Below are positions 1 to 11,300 of a stretch of DNA of 64,000 nt, one piece after another. The DNA comes from a virus (lineage: Duplodnaviria; Caudoviricetes). A program made the translations under genes and the position numbers. The stretch spans positions 1 to 64,000 of IMG/VR virus record IMGVR_UViG_3300015610_000750. One strand, 5' to 3'. How positions within the stretch are numbered: position 1 is the stretch's first letter; the number at the start of each line of letters is the position of its first letter. The notes under the pieces are model-generated. The model was not told the origin of the DNA. It did no database searches and saw only the letters and a program-made list of their open reading frames with translations.

Positions 1-1254
1 GGTCCGACAAAGAGATGGGCTGAGGGAGTTGGTCAGGCAATTGGTGCATTTGCTCCAACATATAAGATGCTCTCTGATGAGGCAGGCTGGGGATTCACTG
101 GTACAACTGCTGATAAGATCGCAGAGTTTAACTCATTTATGACTTCAGTTGCACATGGTATTATTGCTGTTGGTGAAATATTTAATAAAAATAAAACAGA
201 ATTTACAGGTGCTTTCCCTAAGAAAAAATGGGGTGAAGGTGTTGGTGCTGCTATACAAGCATTTGCTCCAACATACCAGATGTTATCTGATGAGTCTGGT
301 TGGTTTGGTACTGTAACTGAAGAAGCTGATAAGTTTAATAATGTGATGATTATGATATCCAAGGGTGTCATAGCAGTTGCTAAACTTTTCCAGGGAGCTA
401 CTGATATTAAATGGGATTCATTACCTGCTCCGAGTGCTAAATGGGGTGAAGGTATAGGTGGTGCTATCATGGCATTTAGTCCAATATATCAATATTTATC
501 TGATGAAGCTGGATGGTTCGGTAGTGCTGAGGAAGAAGCTGCTAAGATGCAGGGTGTTATACTTAGAATGACAGGTACAATAGTTGCTGTTTCTAGAGTA
601 TTGAGATTAGGTGAATTTACTAAAATAATACCACCATCTTGGATGAAGAATGTAACAACTGCTATTGTACAATTCACACAACTTGCTTCATTTATGAAGG
701 GTAAGAGTGGTAGTGGTGGATTCTTAAATACTATATCTAACTTATTTGGTGCCAAAAAAGAGGCAACACTTGACCCTATATCACAAGCAGCTATGGGTAT
801 AGTTAAATTATCTAAAGCATATGATAAGTTAGCTGATTCATTCTCTAAATTTAATGGAGTGTTAACTAAAATGGATGCTGATAAACTTATGGCATTTAAG
901 TCATTAGCTGGTAACTTAGCATTATTATCATTAATGGATGCTGAATTATTTGATGCTATGTTGGATAAGTTGGAGGAAAAGGCTGGCTCATTTAGTGACA
1001 TTGTTTCACAATTTGAAAAACAACAAGCTGAAAGTGCTCCAATAGTTGGTAAAAAACCGGGTGGTGGAACTGTTACAACTGGTGGTAAGAAAAGTGATTC
1101 TGACATTTTAGGTGAAAAATTAGATAGAATTGCTGCAAGTTTAGCCGATATACAGACTGTTGTTGGTTCACAAGGTTCATTATCTACTTATATGAGTTCA
1201 CTTGGTAAAGAAGCAAATATCGGTAATAATAATTCAGCTGGAGGTTATAGATAA
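1..1254 (+). CDS. C-terminal part of a large repeat-containing helical protein, probably tape measure or tail-associated (5' end outside window)
   Basis: Frame is open from base 1; three ~70-aa repeats of WxEG(V/I)GxAIxAFxPxYxxLSDExGW; Ala/Gly-rich helical composition. Confidence 0.5.
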   Translation, partial: GPTKRWAEGVGQAIGAFAPTYKMLSDEAGWGFTGTTADKIAEFNSFMTSVAHGIIAVGEIFNKNKTEFTGAFPKKKWGEGVGAAIQAFAPTYQMLSDESGWFGTVTEEADKFNNVMIMISKGVIAVAKLFQGATDIKWDSLPAPSAKWGEGIGGAIMAFSPIYQYLSDEAGWFGSAEEEAAKMQGVILRMTGTIVAVSRVLRLGEFTKIIPPSWMKNVTTAIVQFTQLASFMKGKSGSGGFLNTISNLFGAKKEATLDPISQAAMGIVKLSKAYDKLADSFSKFNGVLTKMDADKLMAFKSLAGNLALLSLMDAELFDAMLDKLEEKAGSFSDIVSQFEKQQAESAPIVGKKPGGGTVTTGGKKSDSDILGEKLDRIAASLADIQTVVGSQGSLSTYMSSLGKEANIGNNNSAGGYR

Positions 1255-1283
1255 ACTTTATTAAAATTTGGAATAGAACATAT

Positions 1284-1724
1284 ATGAAAAAGTTATCACT
1301 TCTTAAAAGATTATCTTTATATAGACAATATAAAGATGTTATTAAGAGAAATTCAACAGAATTGGAAAGAGTTTATGGTCTAAGAAGAGACAGAGCTAAT
1401 AGACTTTATACGGTATTGAACATACCATCTGAAAATATTGGAGAGGCTTATAACCTTAAGAAGGCTGATATTGATAAGATATCAGAAGGATACATAAGAG
1501 ATTATACTACAACTGTTGCTAAGTTTTTAGATTCTAAGGACTTAAAAGAGATGTATGATTTCTATGATATTAAAAAGGTTGAGAAATATGCTTATTTGAT
1601 AGTTTTCGGACCACATAAAGATAATGTAATTGATTCTGATAGATACACTAAAGTTGTTTATTATCGATTATTACCAATTTCCGCTTTATTATTAATTATT
1701 TTATCTCTTATTTTATTTCTTTAA
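1284..1724 (+). CDS. hypothetical protein with C-terminal transmembrane helix
   Basis: ORF with hydrophobic C-terminus LLPISALLLIILSLILFL. Confidence 0.7.
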   Translation: MKKLSLLKRLSLYRQYKDVIKRNSTELERVYGLRRDRANRLYTVLNIPSENIGEAYNLKKADIDKISEGYIRDYTTTVAKFLDSKDLKEMYDFYDIKKVEKYAYLIVFGPHKDNVIDSDRYTKVVYYRLLPISALLLIILSLILFL

Positions 1725-1771
1725 TAAACTTTTCGGTGTTAAATCTTATAATTTAAAAATACTAATTTTCT

Positions 1772-2203
1772 ATGAGTAAATTTTATCAAGTGTCGGATGA
1801 CGCTAAGGAACAATTTTATAATGTTTTTAATAAAAAAACATTCCCTATAAATGTTAAGTTCACATTTTTGGGTAACGAAAAACAAAAAGAATTAATAAAG
1901 ATTAAGAAAATCGCTGATGATTATGCTTTCCTTTTGGAAAAGGAATTAATGGTTTACATCAATGAGGATTTACTTAATGTCTTTGATGAAGAATCAATTC
2001 AGATATTGATGGAACAAGAACTTGATAAAGTAAATATCAATATTGAGACAGGTAAAATTAAATTAATTAAACCTGATTTAACAACTTTTTCATCTCTTAT
2101 CAATAAATATGGTGTTGAGAAAGTTGCCAGAGCTAACAAAGTTGAAGATTTATATCAACAACAAGTTAAAGATGGTAAAACAGACGAAGAATTTATAGTT
2201 TAA
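1772..2203 (+). CDS. hypothetical protein
   Basis: 143-aa ORF in a co-directional run. Confidence 0.7.
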   Translation: MSKFYQVSDDAKEQFYNVFNKKTFPINVKFTFLGNEKQKELIKIKKIADDYAFLLEKELMVYINEDLLNVFDEESIQILMEQELDKVNINIETGKIKLIKPDLTTFSSLINKYGVEKVARANKVEDLYQQQVKDGKTDEEFIV

Positions 2204-2221
2204 AAATAAAAAACAATTAAT

Positions 2222-2890
2222 ATGAATAAATTAGAAACAAATGTTATAAAGCCAGAGTTGAAGTTTCTTCACAGTGATGTAGAATATCTATTGGTTAGTA
2301 CTGAAACCGAATCAAATTTGGATGGTAAAATTTCAGCAATTGAAGATTACATGAAGTCAAATGATGGTAAGGGTAAGTCAGATGAAGAAAAAGATGCTAT
2401 CTATAAACAAGCACAAATATTGTGGAGTGATTATGCTGCAGCTTTGAAAGAAGCTAAGTATAACTTCTATCTTAATAGACCACAACACAAATTCCTAACT
2501 AACTTAATTCTACAAAAATTAGAATATGATGTGAATACTGTTTTCTTCGCAATTGAATTAACAGATATGTTAGGTATGATGAAGGATGTTAAATTCTATA
2601 ACGATGATGACATTATCCCATTTGAAGTTAACACTACTGAGATTACCTATATCTATCACTTAATCTCTAAATATAAAGTACAAGGTCTTACAAGAGATGC
2701 TTATACTTTCGCTCAAATCTTGAGAAAGATTGGTGATATTAGTAAGATATTCAACTACTATGATGCTGAAGGAAAATATCTTTCAACTGAAATCCAAAAC
2801 TGGGTAGCAGCATTTGAAGATGGTGTATCAAGAGATATTGAAGAAGTTGTTGAGGCTGAAGTTTCTACTCCTAAAAAGAACTCTAAGTAA
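2222..2890 (+). CDS. hypothetical protein
   Basis: 222-aa ORF in a co-directional run. Confidence 0.75.
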   Translation: MNKLETNVIKPELKFLHSDVEYLLVSTETESNLDGKISAIEDYMKSNDGKGKSDEEKDAIYKQAQILWSDYAAALKEAKYNFYLNRPQHKFLTNLILQKLEYDVNTVFFAIELTDMLGMMKDVKFYNDDDIIPFEVNTTEITYIYHLISKYKVQGLTRDAYTFAQILRKIGDISKIFNYYDAEGKYLSTEIQNWVAAFEDGVSRDIEEVVEAEVSTPKKNSK

Positions 2891-3078
2891 TGAAAACAAA
2901 GACTAAATCAACTCCGACTTATATTGTCGATAAGACAAAATTAACTGAACAGTTACTTAAAGATGATGTTAAGAATTGGATAATTGAGGCAGGTACTCAA
3001 ATGATTTTTGACGGGAAAACACCTGGTAGAAATATGATATACTTCTTAGAAAGTATGGGAATCATAAAAGTAGTATAA
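2890..3078 (+). CDS. small hypothetical protein
   Basis: TAATG stop/start coupling with the upstream gene; followed by a terminator. Confidence 0.6.
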   Translation: MKTKTKSTPTYIVDKTKLTEQLLKDDVKNWIIEAGTQMIFDGKTPGRNMIYFLESMGIIKVV

Positions 3079-3080
3079 AT

Positions 3081-3113
3081 AAAAAACCCACTCATTTGAG
3101 TGGGTTTCTTTTT
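3081..3113. terminator. bidirectional intrinsic terminator
   Basis: AAAAAACCCACTCA-TT-TGAGTGGGTTTCTTTTT between convergent genes; similar A-run/hairpin/T-run elements near 14300, 24405, 31010, 42845, 43245, 48600 and 53470. Confidence 0.8.
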
Positions 3114-3729
3114 AATATCCTGAAATAAGAGGAGGTTCGATTGTAAAGTTATTATCGATGTATTCATCAATCCAGTAGTCAGCTACGAAGTCTGCCTTAA
3201 CTGTCCAAATATCTCCAGTACCTTCCCACTTTAATGATATACCACCAACACTCTTAATTTGAGAGTTTTGGAATGTTACCCTTCTTAAAACAACACCTTT
3301 CTTATCGTGTTGGTTAACAATAATAGTTCCAATAATATCACTCTTATAGTGAAGAGAACCATTTTGTGAGTTCCATACAAGATCGTACCATGCTTTTAGT
3401 GTATTCCAAGTTTCCATTGAACCCTGTTCATTAACATTGACAGTGAAGTCGATGCTGAACTCAACGTGGGTTTTACCTGGAGTACCTAAGAAAGCTCTAG
3501 TTGAATACTTGAATCTTTGTTCTTTAACATCGATAGCTTCTGTTAAGTTAAGGTCGATGTTTGTTGCACTTTGTAACATCAAAAGAGGATCTCTCCCTTG
3601 TGCTTGTAGTATTACAGGTAACACAAAAGTAATCTCAAACAGGTTAAGATATACTGGCTCTTGTGGCTTCGTACCTGGACCACCAGGTGAACCTGTGACT
3701 AACAATTGAGTAAAATGAGGTAGTGGCAT
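3112..3729 (-). CDS. tail tube protein (T4 gp19-like)
   Basis: MPLPHF start, EPVYLNLFEITF, LKAWYDLVWN, LKWE...ADFVADYW; typical tube size. Confidence 0.75.
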   Translation of the reverse strand: MPLPHFTQLLVTGSPGGPGTKPQEPVYLNLFEITFVLPVILQAQGRDPLLMLQSATNIDLNLTEAIDVKEQRFKYSTRAFLGTPGKTHVEFSIDFTVNVNEQGSMETWNTLKAWYDLVWNSQNGSLHYKSDIIGTIIVNQHDKKGVVLRRVTFQNSQIKSVGGISLKWEGTGDIWTVKADFVADYWIDEYIDNNFTIEPPLISGY

Positions 3730-3810
3730 ATATTTTTAGTTTATTTTTCTTTATATATTAATATAAATCATGTCTTTAACTATATATTAGTATAATTATC
3801 TGATATTTTT

Positions 3811-4122
3811 CTATAATTGTAAGAAGTATTCCTCTTCACCCAAAGCATTTGCCTTATGGTCATATGCTACTATCACTACATGATATTTTTTAGGTGCTAG
3901 TTTTGTTATACTTTTGATTTTATACATATCAAAGTCGAAATTTTCCTTCTCATGTTCATGTATTCTTATGTATGACTCGCTACATAGATTTTTACAATAC
4001 ATCTCTAGTAGTTTCATTGAAGATTTGAAAAATTGTGGCTCCTTTTTTGGTTCCTCTTTTTTCTTCTTTCTTAATGAAAGAAACTCTTCATTTACTTTAT
4101 CTATTTCTGAAAACTTTCTCAT
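3811..4122 (-). CDS. hypothetical protein with capsid-targeting-like N-terminus
   Basis: MRKFSEIDKVNEE N-terminus; TATATA motif upstream. Confidence 0.65.
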   Translation of the reverse strand: MRKFSEIDKVNEEFLSLRKKKKEEPKKEPQFFKSSMKLLEMYCKNLCSESYIRIHEHEKENFDFDMYKIKSITKLAPKKYHVVIVAYDHKANALGEEEYFLQL

Positions 4123-4157
4123 AATAGTATATATAAAAAATAAAACACCACTATTCT

Positions 4158-5276
4158 ATGAGAGTATTTATTACAACCGATTGGCACTTTGGAGTATATC
4201 TAAATAATATGGATAAATGGTTGAATATGATGGAAGATTACTTCTATAACGATTTCATACCATTTATTAAAAATAATTACAAAGAAGGAGACATACTCGT
4301 ACATTGTGGTGACCTATACGACAATAGAACTTCTATTCCAATTATTGCTGCCTATAAAGCAGAGAAAATCCTTTTAGAGATAGCCAAGATTCTACCAGTT
4401 CATATCATAGTTGGTAATCACGATTTGTGGAACAAAGGAACAAACGATGTTAACTCTGTTAGATTATTCAATTATGTTGATGGTATCAATGTTTATACCG
4501 AAACAACAACCATATCAGTTGGTGGTAAGAAATTAGTATTAATGCCTTGGGTTGAAAAGAGATTGGATATGATAAAGGAGATTAAAAACAATCCCGGTGA
4601 TTATCTTTTCTGTCACTCCGACTTAAATGGGTGTAGAATGCACCTTAGTTCAGTTGCTCATAGAAACGCTGATAAGATAGATGTTGATGAATTTAAGGGA
4701 TATAATCACGTTTTTAGTGGACACATACACATCAGACAAACAAATAATAACTTTACATTTGTTGGGTCTCCATATCAAATGGATAGAAATGATATGGGTG
4801 ATCAAAAGGGTATAACGATTCTTGACCTATCGAGTGGTGAAATGGATTTTTCACCGAATAAATATTCACCTGTTTTTAGAAAGTTCGCAGTTACTAAAGA
4901 GGATGATGTTGAGAGATTGGATGAACTTACAGATAGTAAAGATTATATAGATTTATCTATATCTAACAGCTTATTGATTAGTAATAGGAAATTAAGAAGA
5001 AAATTAGAGACTCTTTTAGAAAAAGGAAGTTTCGCATCAGTTGAGTACATTGATGATATAGTTAAAGTTGATGAGAATGGTGATGTTATAACTGAATCTG
5101 TTGTTGAGGATGAGAATGGTGAGTCTGTTTCTGTTGAACTTGAATATGAAGACTATATAAGAGATTATATTGCTAAGCAAAAATACGATAACGAGAGATT
5201 CAAGCTTGGTGTTTTGGGTGAATATAATGAAGTTGTTAAGATATACAACGAGAATTATAAGTCTTTAAGGGATTAG
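4158..5276 (+). CDS. recombination exonuclease subunit (T4 gp47/Mre11/SbcD-like metallophosphoesterase)
   Basis: DWHFG, GDLYD, GNHD, SGHIH motifs. Confidence 0.9.
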   Translation: MRVFITTDWHFGVYLNNMDKWLNMMEDYFYNDFIPFIKNNYKEGDILVHCGDLYDNRTSIPIIAAYKAEKILLEIAKILPVHIIVGNHDLWNKGTNDVNSVRLFNYVDGINVYTETTTISVGGKKLVLMPWVEKRLDMIKEIKNNPGDYLFCHSDLNGCRMHLSSVAHRNADKIDVDEFKGYNHVFSGHIHIRQTNNNFTFVGSPYQMDRNDMGDQKGITILDLSSGEMDFSPNKYSPVFRKFAVTKEDDVERLDELTDSKDYIDLSISNSLLISNRKLRRKLETLLEKGSFASVEYIDDIVKVDENGDVITESVVEDENGESVSVELEYEDYIRDYIAKQKYDNERFKLGVLGEYNEVVKIYNENYKSLRD

Positions 5277-5704
5277 TCTAACTCTCCTTTTTTACAAATT
5301 ACTATACTACATAATAGTTTACCTATTGATGTAAATGATGTGAACATATCATATCCTTCTGATTGTATATGTGATGATATGTCAGATAACTCTTTAAGAA
5401 TATTTGAGATTTCTAATATGTTATTGTTTTTCAATCCATAATGGTCTACCCCATATTCAAAGTATTGTCTTAGGTTATCATCATCATTGTCAATAGTTAT
5501 TGTGACTAATGCTATTCTTATATCATCATTATATTCTTTATCTTGTGTTATGTGAGCTGTTTTTGATCCATCAAGTGATGTCCAAGCGTGTTCTATGTCA
5601 ATAGATGATTTTCCATCATATAGTGATGACATGATATGTTTTATATCTTCAATTGATATAAAATCTTCGTGTTCTTTATTTTCGTTAAATCTTTTAATTC
5701 TCAT
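5273..5704 (-). CDS. hypothetical protein, putative internal head protein
   Basis: MRIKRFNE N-terminal motif. Confidence 0.65.
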   Translation of the reverse strand: MRIKRFNENKEHEDFISIEDIKHIMSSLYDGKSSIDIEHAWTSLDGSKTAHITQDKEYNDDIRIALVTITIDNDDDNLRQYFEYGVDHYGLKNNNILEISNILKELSDISSHIQSEGYDMFTSFTSIGKLLCSIVICKKGELD

Positions 5705-5705
5705 A

Positions 5706-6239
5706 TTATTTCAATTCAAAAGATATTGAAAGTACGTGGTTAGAACTATCAAATCCTCTTTTACATTCTTTATAATTATCATATGATTTTAATCTAATTT
5801 GAATTTTACTCAAAGCGACTAAAATATTACGAATTTCATTGTTCTTTCTAATTTGTTCGTCTATATTTGACTTCATATCTAAAATTTTACTATTCTCGTC
5901 TGATATCATTTGTATCCATCTTCTTATATCTCCACCTTTTACTTCTTCTGGTTCTTCAATAAATGGAATCCCTGATTGTCTTTCCGCTAAAAAGTCATAA
6001 TTCAATTGTAGTGATCCTTCAAGCACTGGGAATTCGGGTCTTTTAAGAGTTATCAAACATTCATACCAATGACTTAGATTCATGTCATCATATTTAGATA
6101 GTAACTCATCTGTTCTCTCATTCTCTTCACTAAACTCAAATTCACAGTCTAAGTCATCGGTTAGTTCGGACATAACTTCTTTGAACCCATCAAAAGATAG
6201 ATCATATGCTTCAGACTCATTGAACCTTTTAATCTTCAT
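5706..6239 (-). CDS. hypothetical protein, putative internal head protein (start moved to ATG at 6239)
   Basis: MKIKRFNES motif starts at 6239, immediately after the upstream gene's stop. Confidence 0.65.
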   Translation of the reverse strand: MKIKRFNESEAYDLSFDGFKEVMSELTDDLDCEFEFSEENERTDELLSKYDDMNLSHWYECLITLKRPEFPVLEGSLQLNYDFLAERQSGIPFIEEPEEVKGGDIRRWIQMISDENSKILDMKSNIDEQIRKNNEIRNILVALSKIQIRLKSYDNYKECKRGFDSSNHVLSISFELK

Positions 6240-6240
6240 A

Positions 6241-6549
6241 TTATTTCTTTGATGGATCAAATCCAAAATCATTTGATTTTTTAGTATGTGGTTCTACCAT
6301 TTTATCAATCTCTTTTTGATCAATATGGTCATCTGGATCCGTTAAATACACGTAATCATTACCAACAGGCATAATCATTTCTTTAGGATCATGTCCAGTT
6401 TTTAGGTCTTTGTTATCTACTTTCATGTAGTCTTTACTTGTGGTCCAGAATTGTGGTAAATTAACATCACCTGCGTGTGATTGATTTCCTTTTATTGTGT
6501 ATCTTCCTTTGCCTTCATTTAGCTCTTGGAACGTTTTAAGATATTTCAT
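6241..6549 (-). CDS. hypothetical protein, putative internal head protein
   Basis: MKYLKTFQELNEG N-terminus. Confidence 0.65.
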   Translation of the reverse strand: MKYLKTFQELNEGKGRYTIKGNQSHAGDVNLPQFWTTSKDYMKVDNKDLKTGHDPKEMIMPVGNDYVYLTDPDDHIDQKEIDKMVEPHTKKSNDFGFDPSKK

Positions 6550-6550
6550 A

Positions 6551-7909
6551 TTATCTCTTTGTTTTTATTAAGTATTTCTTTATTAATAGTTTCCAAACTT
6601 CGACTTCTTGGTCTGCTATCTTCATCATCTCGTTATTACCAACTCTTAAGTTTATAGAGTGAACAAGTGTTCTAACATTTAGATCGAATTTAACAGGGTA
6701 GTTATCGGTTACATAAACTAAATAATCTAAAGCTTCTTCTTTCTCTTGCATTGATACATCTGGTAGAACTTTCCTCATTATTTCTTTCATTCTATCAATT
6801 ATCTCTGATTTATTTAAGTGAACATCAACATGAAGTGATCTGGACAATAAAGCGTTGTCAAATTTATCTTCTGCTAAATTTGATATAAATATCACTTGAC
6901 CACTGAAGTTAAATCTATTTGGTAATAGTTTCTCATTTGATTCTTCCCATCTATTTTGTATCTCTTCATCAGACATATTAGTCGAATCAAAAGTATTACC
7001 TTTTGTGTGTTTAGATAATTCTCTTGTTTCGTATGTATCTAATGCCCCTTTTAGTAGGTTTACTGAATCTGGGTCTTTGAATACTGCATCACAGTCATCA
7101 AATATTACTAACTTATTTCTATTCTTGAATAATACTTCATATAAAGCAGCCGTTGTTATTGTACCTGTTGACTTATAATAGTGAACATCGGGTATCATTC
7201 CAATTGATCTTAATGTGTCTGTTACAGTTGCTGTCTTACCAACACCTGCCATTCCTGTTATTAATAGTGAATTACTTTTTCCTCTAGCTACTTGTATAGT
7301 GTAAAGTTCGATTGCCTTAAATACGTCTATTTTAAGGTCATCTTGTGTTACTTTATCACTCTCTTTTTCAGCTTTTTCAGTACTTGATACTACTAACTTT
7401 AAGCTTTCAATTCTTTGTGATATAAGTGATTTACTTTTTTCACTTCTAGCTCTTTTCAACTTCTTTTCTTGTTCTTCTAACTCTTTGTGTGGGTCATAAG
7501 TCTCCATAGCTACCTCTTCAGGTTGAGATTTATTTATATACATTGATGGATTTTTGAAGAACTTTGGTATCTCTGGTAAAGCATTTGCTACTGAATTTCC
7601 TCCTAATTCTATCGTATAGTTTGGAGATGATTCAAATGAAAATGAATCCCATATATCAATTGAGTGTATTTCACTTCTTATATCATCTTTTATCCAATTT
7701 ATTCTTATAGCTTTGTTTGTTTTGAGAGATAGGAATAACTGTCCAGTTAGAAATAGATTTTCTTTTTGGATATAAAATAATTCATCATAAGGGTATAGGT
7801 CAATGCCTGTATTTTTCTCGATTTGATTTACTATCAAATCAATTGATTTTTCTTTGTCTTTATTAAGAAAAGCTTCATAAAAAGCTTGATATTTTCTTAT
7901 TACTCTCAT
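6551..7909 (-). CDS. AAA+ ATPase with capsid-targeting-like N-terminus
   Basis: Walker A GMAGVGKT, Walker B VIFDDCD, sensor FISN, LLSR arginine finger. Confidence 0.85.
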   Translation of the reverse strand: MRVIRKYQAFYEAFLNKDKEKSIDLIVNQIEKNTGIDLYPYDELFYIQKENLFLTGQLFLSLKTNKAIRINWIKDDIRSEIHSIDIWDSFSFESSPNYTIELGGNSVANALPEIPKFFKNPSMYINKSQPEEVAMETYDPHKELEEQEKKLKRARSEKSKSLISQRIESLKLVVSSTEKAEKESDKVTQDDLKIDVFKAIELYTIQVARGKSNSLLITGMAGVGKTATVTDTLRSIGMIPDVHYYKSTGTITTAALYEVLFKNRNKLVIFDDCDAVFKDPDSVNLLKGALDTYETRELSKHTKGNTFDSTNMSDEEIQNRWEESNEKLLPNRFNFSGQVIFISNLAEDKFDNALLSRSLHVDVHLNKSEIIDRMKEIMRKVLPDVSMQEKEEALDYLVYVTDNYPVKFDLNVRTLVHSINLRVGNNEMMKIADQEVEVWKLLIKKYLIKTKR

Positions 7910-8283
7910 TACATATCTTTTAGTTTTTTAAGAATTCTGGCACATTTCTCATAATCCTCTTCATATTCATACTCTTTTATCATACTTCTCAATTGGGATT
8001 TGTCTGCTAATCTAACCTTTAACTCGAATCTTACCTCTTTCAATTCATCCATTGTTTTTACTTCATTATCTATTAACTTGTCGATAATTTGTCTATCAAA
8101 TGGTTTCATGTTTATGAAGTCATTCCAATCTTCTATCTGATTTTCTTTAAGAAACTTTAATATGTTCTCAACACAAGATTCTATTCTTGTATTTTTTGCA
8201 GGTATTCTTTTCTTCTTACCACCAAATAGATTGTTAAAAAGTTCTTCAGATATGAAATCGCGATATTTGATTATTCTGCCCAT
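7909..8283 (-). CDS. hypothetical protein with C-terminal UVR (UvrB/C)-like motif
   Basis: C-terminal EEDYEKCARILKKLK; N-terminal IIKYRDFISEE. Confidence 0.6.
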   Translation of the reverse strand: MGRIIKYRDFISEELFNNLFGGKKKRIPAKNTRIESCVENILKFLKENQIEDWNDFINMKPFDRQIIDKLIDNEVKTMDELKEVRFELKVRLADKSQLRSMIKEYEYEEDYEKCARILKKLKDM

Positions 8284-8289
8284 AATTTC

Positions 8290-8333
8290 TATATATTATT
8301 TTTGGTTACTAAGGAATTATAAATTAATATATA
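8290..8333. promoter_or_regulatory. divergent pair of putative late promoters (TAATATATA)
   Basis: TAATATATA on the minus strand (8290-8298) and plus strand (8325-8333); the same motif precedes genes at 30371, 31774, 38343/38374, 40922, 46365, 46906, 53531 and 54259. Confidence 0.6.
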
Positions 8334-8355
8334 ACTAAAACTTGCATACACATAG

Positions 8356-11300
8356 ATGTCATCGAATCATAAAAATTTAGTATTCTTTAATAAAGAAGGT
8401 GATTACTTGAACTTCCAATATAAAGATGATGTTGGTAGATTTGAAGGAGATATATTATTCCACGAAAATTCATCTGATACTTTCAAAACACAAGCATTAT
8501 ACATGCTTGAAAGAATACCCGCATTTGAGTATGAACTACCAGGTGTTTTAACATTAGATAAATTTCAATTATTTAATGAATTTGGTATGCATTTTTATGG
8601 TGCTAAGTATCAAAACGAACAAATTGAAACTATTGAGCCAGTTAATAACGACTCTAACTTCTATTCTAAATGGATATATGGTTCTAATTTTGAGGTCAAG
8701 TTTCCTATTGGAACTGTTGTTATTTTTGATAGTCCATTGATGGAATTCAATGATACTAATAAAACATATATAGTTGTTGCTACAAAGAAGAATGCTGTTA
8801 TGATAGTTAGTACTATTGATAATGCAACATTCGAGACAACATATTATTCTGTTTATTCTAATCCAAGTACATATACCAATAAGACAATATCTGGTGTTAA
8901 TATAGTTGGTATTTATAACTACGTTGATAACACTTTACAGAACAATTTATCAAATTGGTCTGAACCTAATTTCTATGATAAATATTATGTTGGTAAAAAG
9001 TTAAATATCGTCAATAGTTCATTAAATGACGGAACTGTTACTATTGTTAATCCGGATGTTACCGATATAATTCATTACGAATATGAATTATCCTCAGCTC
9101 CTACTTATTCTAATATAATCATGGAGGTTATAACTAGAACTGACCTTCCTATAATCTATGAAGGACCGATAACTATTACTACTGATAATAAGGTTGCCTT
9201 TTCTGGAGATGCTCCAGCTATATTGAAGCCTGGTACTGAGTTTAAAATAGTTGGATCTGTGTTGAATACAAATTATTTCAATGTATCATCTGTTCCAACT
9301 TTTTTAGGAAATACACAACTTACATACTACGCGACACAATCACAAGTACTTTGGAATAATAAAATATATGAATGTGTATATGGATATACACAAAGCGCCA
9401 CATCAAGTATAACACCTGATAATTTATCATACTGGATACCTGCGACATATGTTAGTGTTGACCAAACAACTATTGCTGAGTCCCTATTAAATTGTCAATT
9501 ATACTTAACAACTGACCATTTCTATTTTGATTTTGGGTGGACATTTAGTAAGGCTGTTACATTAGCTTCGATGGCTGAGAAATATACTGAGGATTTAAAA
9601 TTATTTAATATTGATCTTTATTATAAGTATAATAAGATTAAAGCTGATTTGGTTTATCCAAGTAGATATGCTGAGGTAAATTTCTATTATGACACTGTTG
9701 CACCAACTGCTTCAATTGGTGATTATAGAACGGTTTATGAAAGAGGTGTACAAGTAAGAGAGACTCTGATTCCAGAGCTAAACTATGATTATTCATCAAA
9801 TTACTCATATAATGTAGTTTTTACTGATATTGATGAGTTCGGTATAAAGGTTTTTGTAAATAAAATGTTGTATCAAGAAGAGGTTGATTGGGTATATTCT
9901 GGAATAGCACCTGATATGGAGAGAACAATTGATAGAACATTGAGAAATTGGCTAACTAGGCACTATGCTAGACTTGTAACACTTGGTATAATACCAACAC
10001 TTGCTTATATAGGTAACTATGCTTCTATTTATTATAATTCAATTATATTAAGGACACAGTATCCTAATGTCCCAATTGACTTTAGTGTTGAAGTTGGAAC
10101 AACGGCTAATTTTAATATTGAGCACTCTACTGTTCTATTTACTGATATGGGTGGATATCTTTCATTTACTATAAATGATAAGGCTTATGATCAATCCACT
10201 TTTTATTTGGATAAAATATCCTCCATATCAATAGTTAATGGTGGGTCTGGATATACCCCATCATCAACACAGTCAGTGATCATATCATCACCATCTCTTC
10301 CTGGTCAACAAGCTAGTGCGATAGCTACCATATCCGCGTCTGGAAGCGTTTCTTCAATATCACTAACTGATAGTGGATATGGATATGATGCTAGCGCCAC
10401 CGCTGTGCTTTATGGTGCTACTATTTCAAATGCTACCTTTTCTGTTTCCATTGGAAAATCACAATATCCGAACATTCCAGCTACATTGGATGCTTGGGTT
10501 GAGTCGCATTCCGATTACCTTGAGGAGTTAGGAATATATGCTACCAATTTTAACAACCTACTTAAATTTGATATTAAGGATATTCATAAAAGATTCGAGT
10601 ATTCTATTAAGATAGGTAAGTCACTTTTGCCTGGTCAAGTTCCATATACGATAGTTAATAAAATAAAGGGAAATTTCGGTGGGTTGATAACTTCAAACGA
10701 GGTGTTGTTACCAACTAATACAGATTCACTCGAAGAGGCTGGATTTGCAACAGGAATGGTATTCTCTATTAATAATACAATTTATCCATTTAATAATCAA
10801 GAATATAATATACAGTTTCTCGATCCAGATAGACTTAATTTGAGCTATCAGGGTCCTTTTTGGGGATTAACAGATAGTCTATGTAACTCCTCCGCATTTG
10901 TAACAATTGCGTTTAATATAGGGTTTGGCCAAACTGGATGTCCACCATCTTTTGGCCCTACTTCCTCTTTGGGTGGTCCTTTCGATCCATTGATGTTTGA
11001 TTCTGCGATGTTTAGTTTATCGTATAATCCTAATACTTATGTTATTAATAACTATGATTTAAATTCATATCCTGGATCCTCCAATTTGATTGATATACAA
11101 TATGTACAAATATCTGATTCGATATATGGTCTAGGTGATGATGTTGTGGTTATAGATGCCTTTTTAGGCCAATATGTTACTACTATATCACTTCCAGGTA
11201 ATACACAAAGCATTGATATGGAATATAATACAGTTAATAACTATTTATATTGTTTAACTAAGAATGCATTATATGTAGTTGATCCATTGTTAAATAGTTT

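Noticed and set aside
1772-2203. Phage metallopeptidase call
   Set aside because: The expected HExxH zinc motif is absent (MEQELD at the likely position), so it is left as hypothetical.
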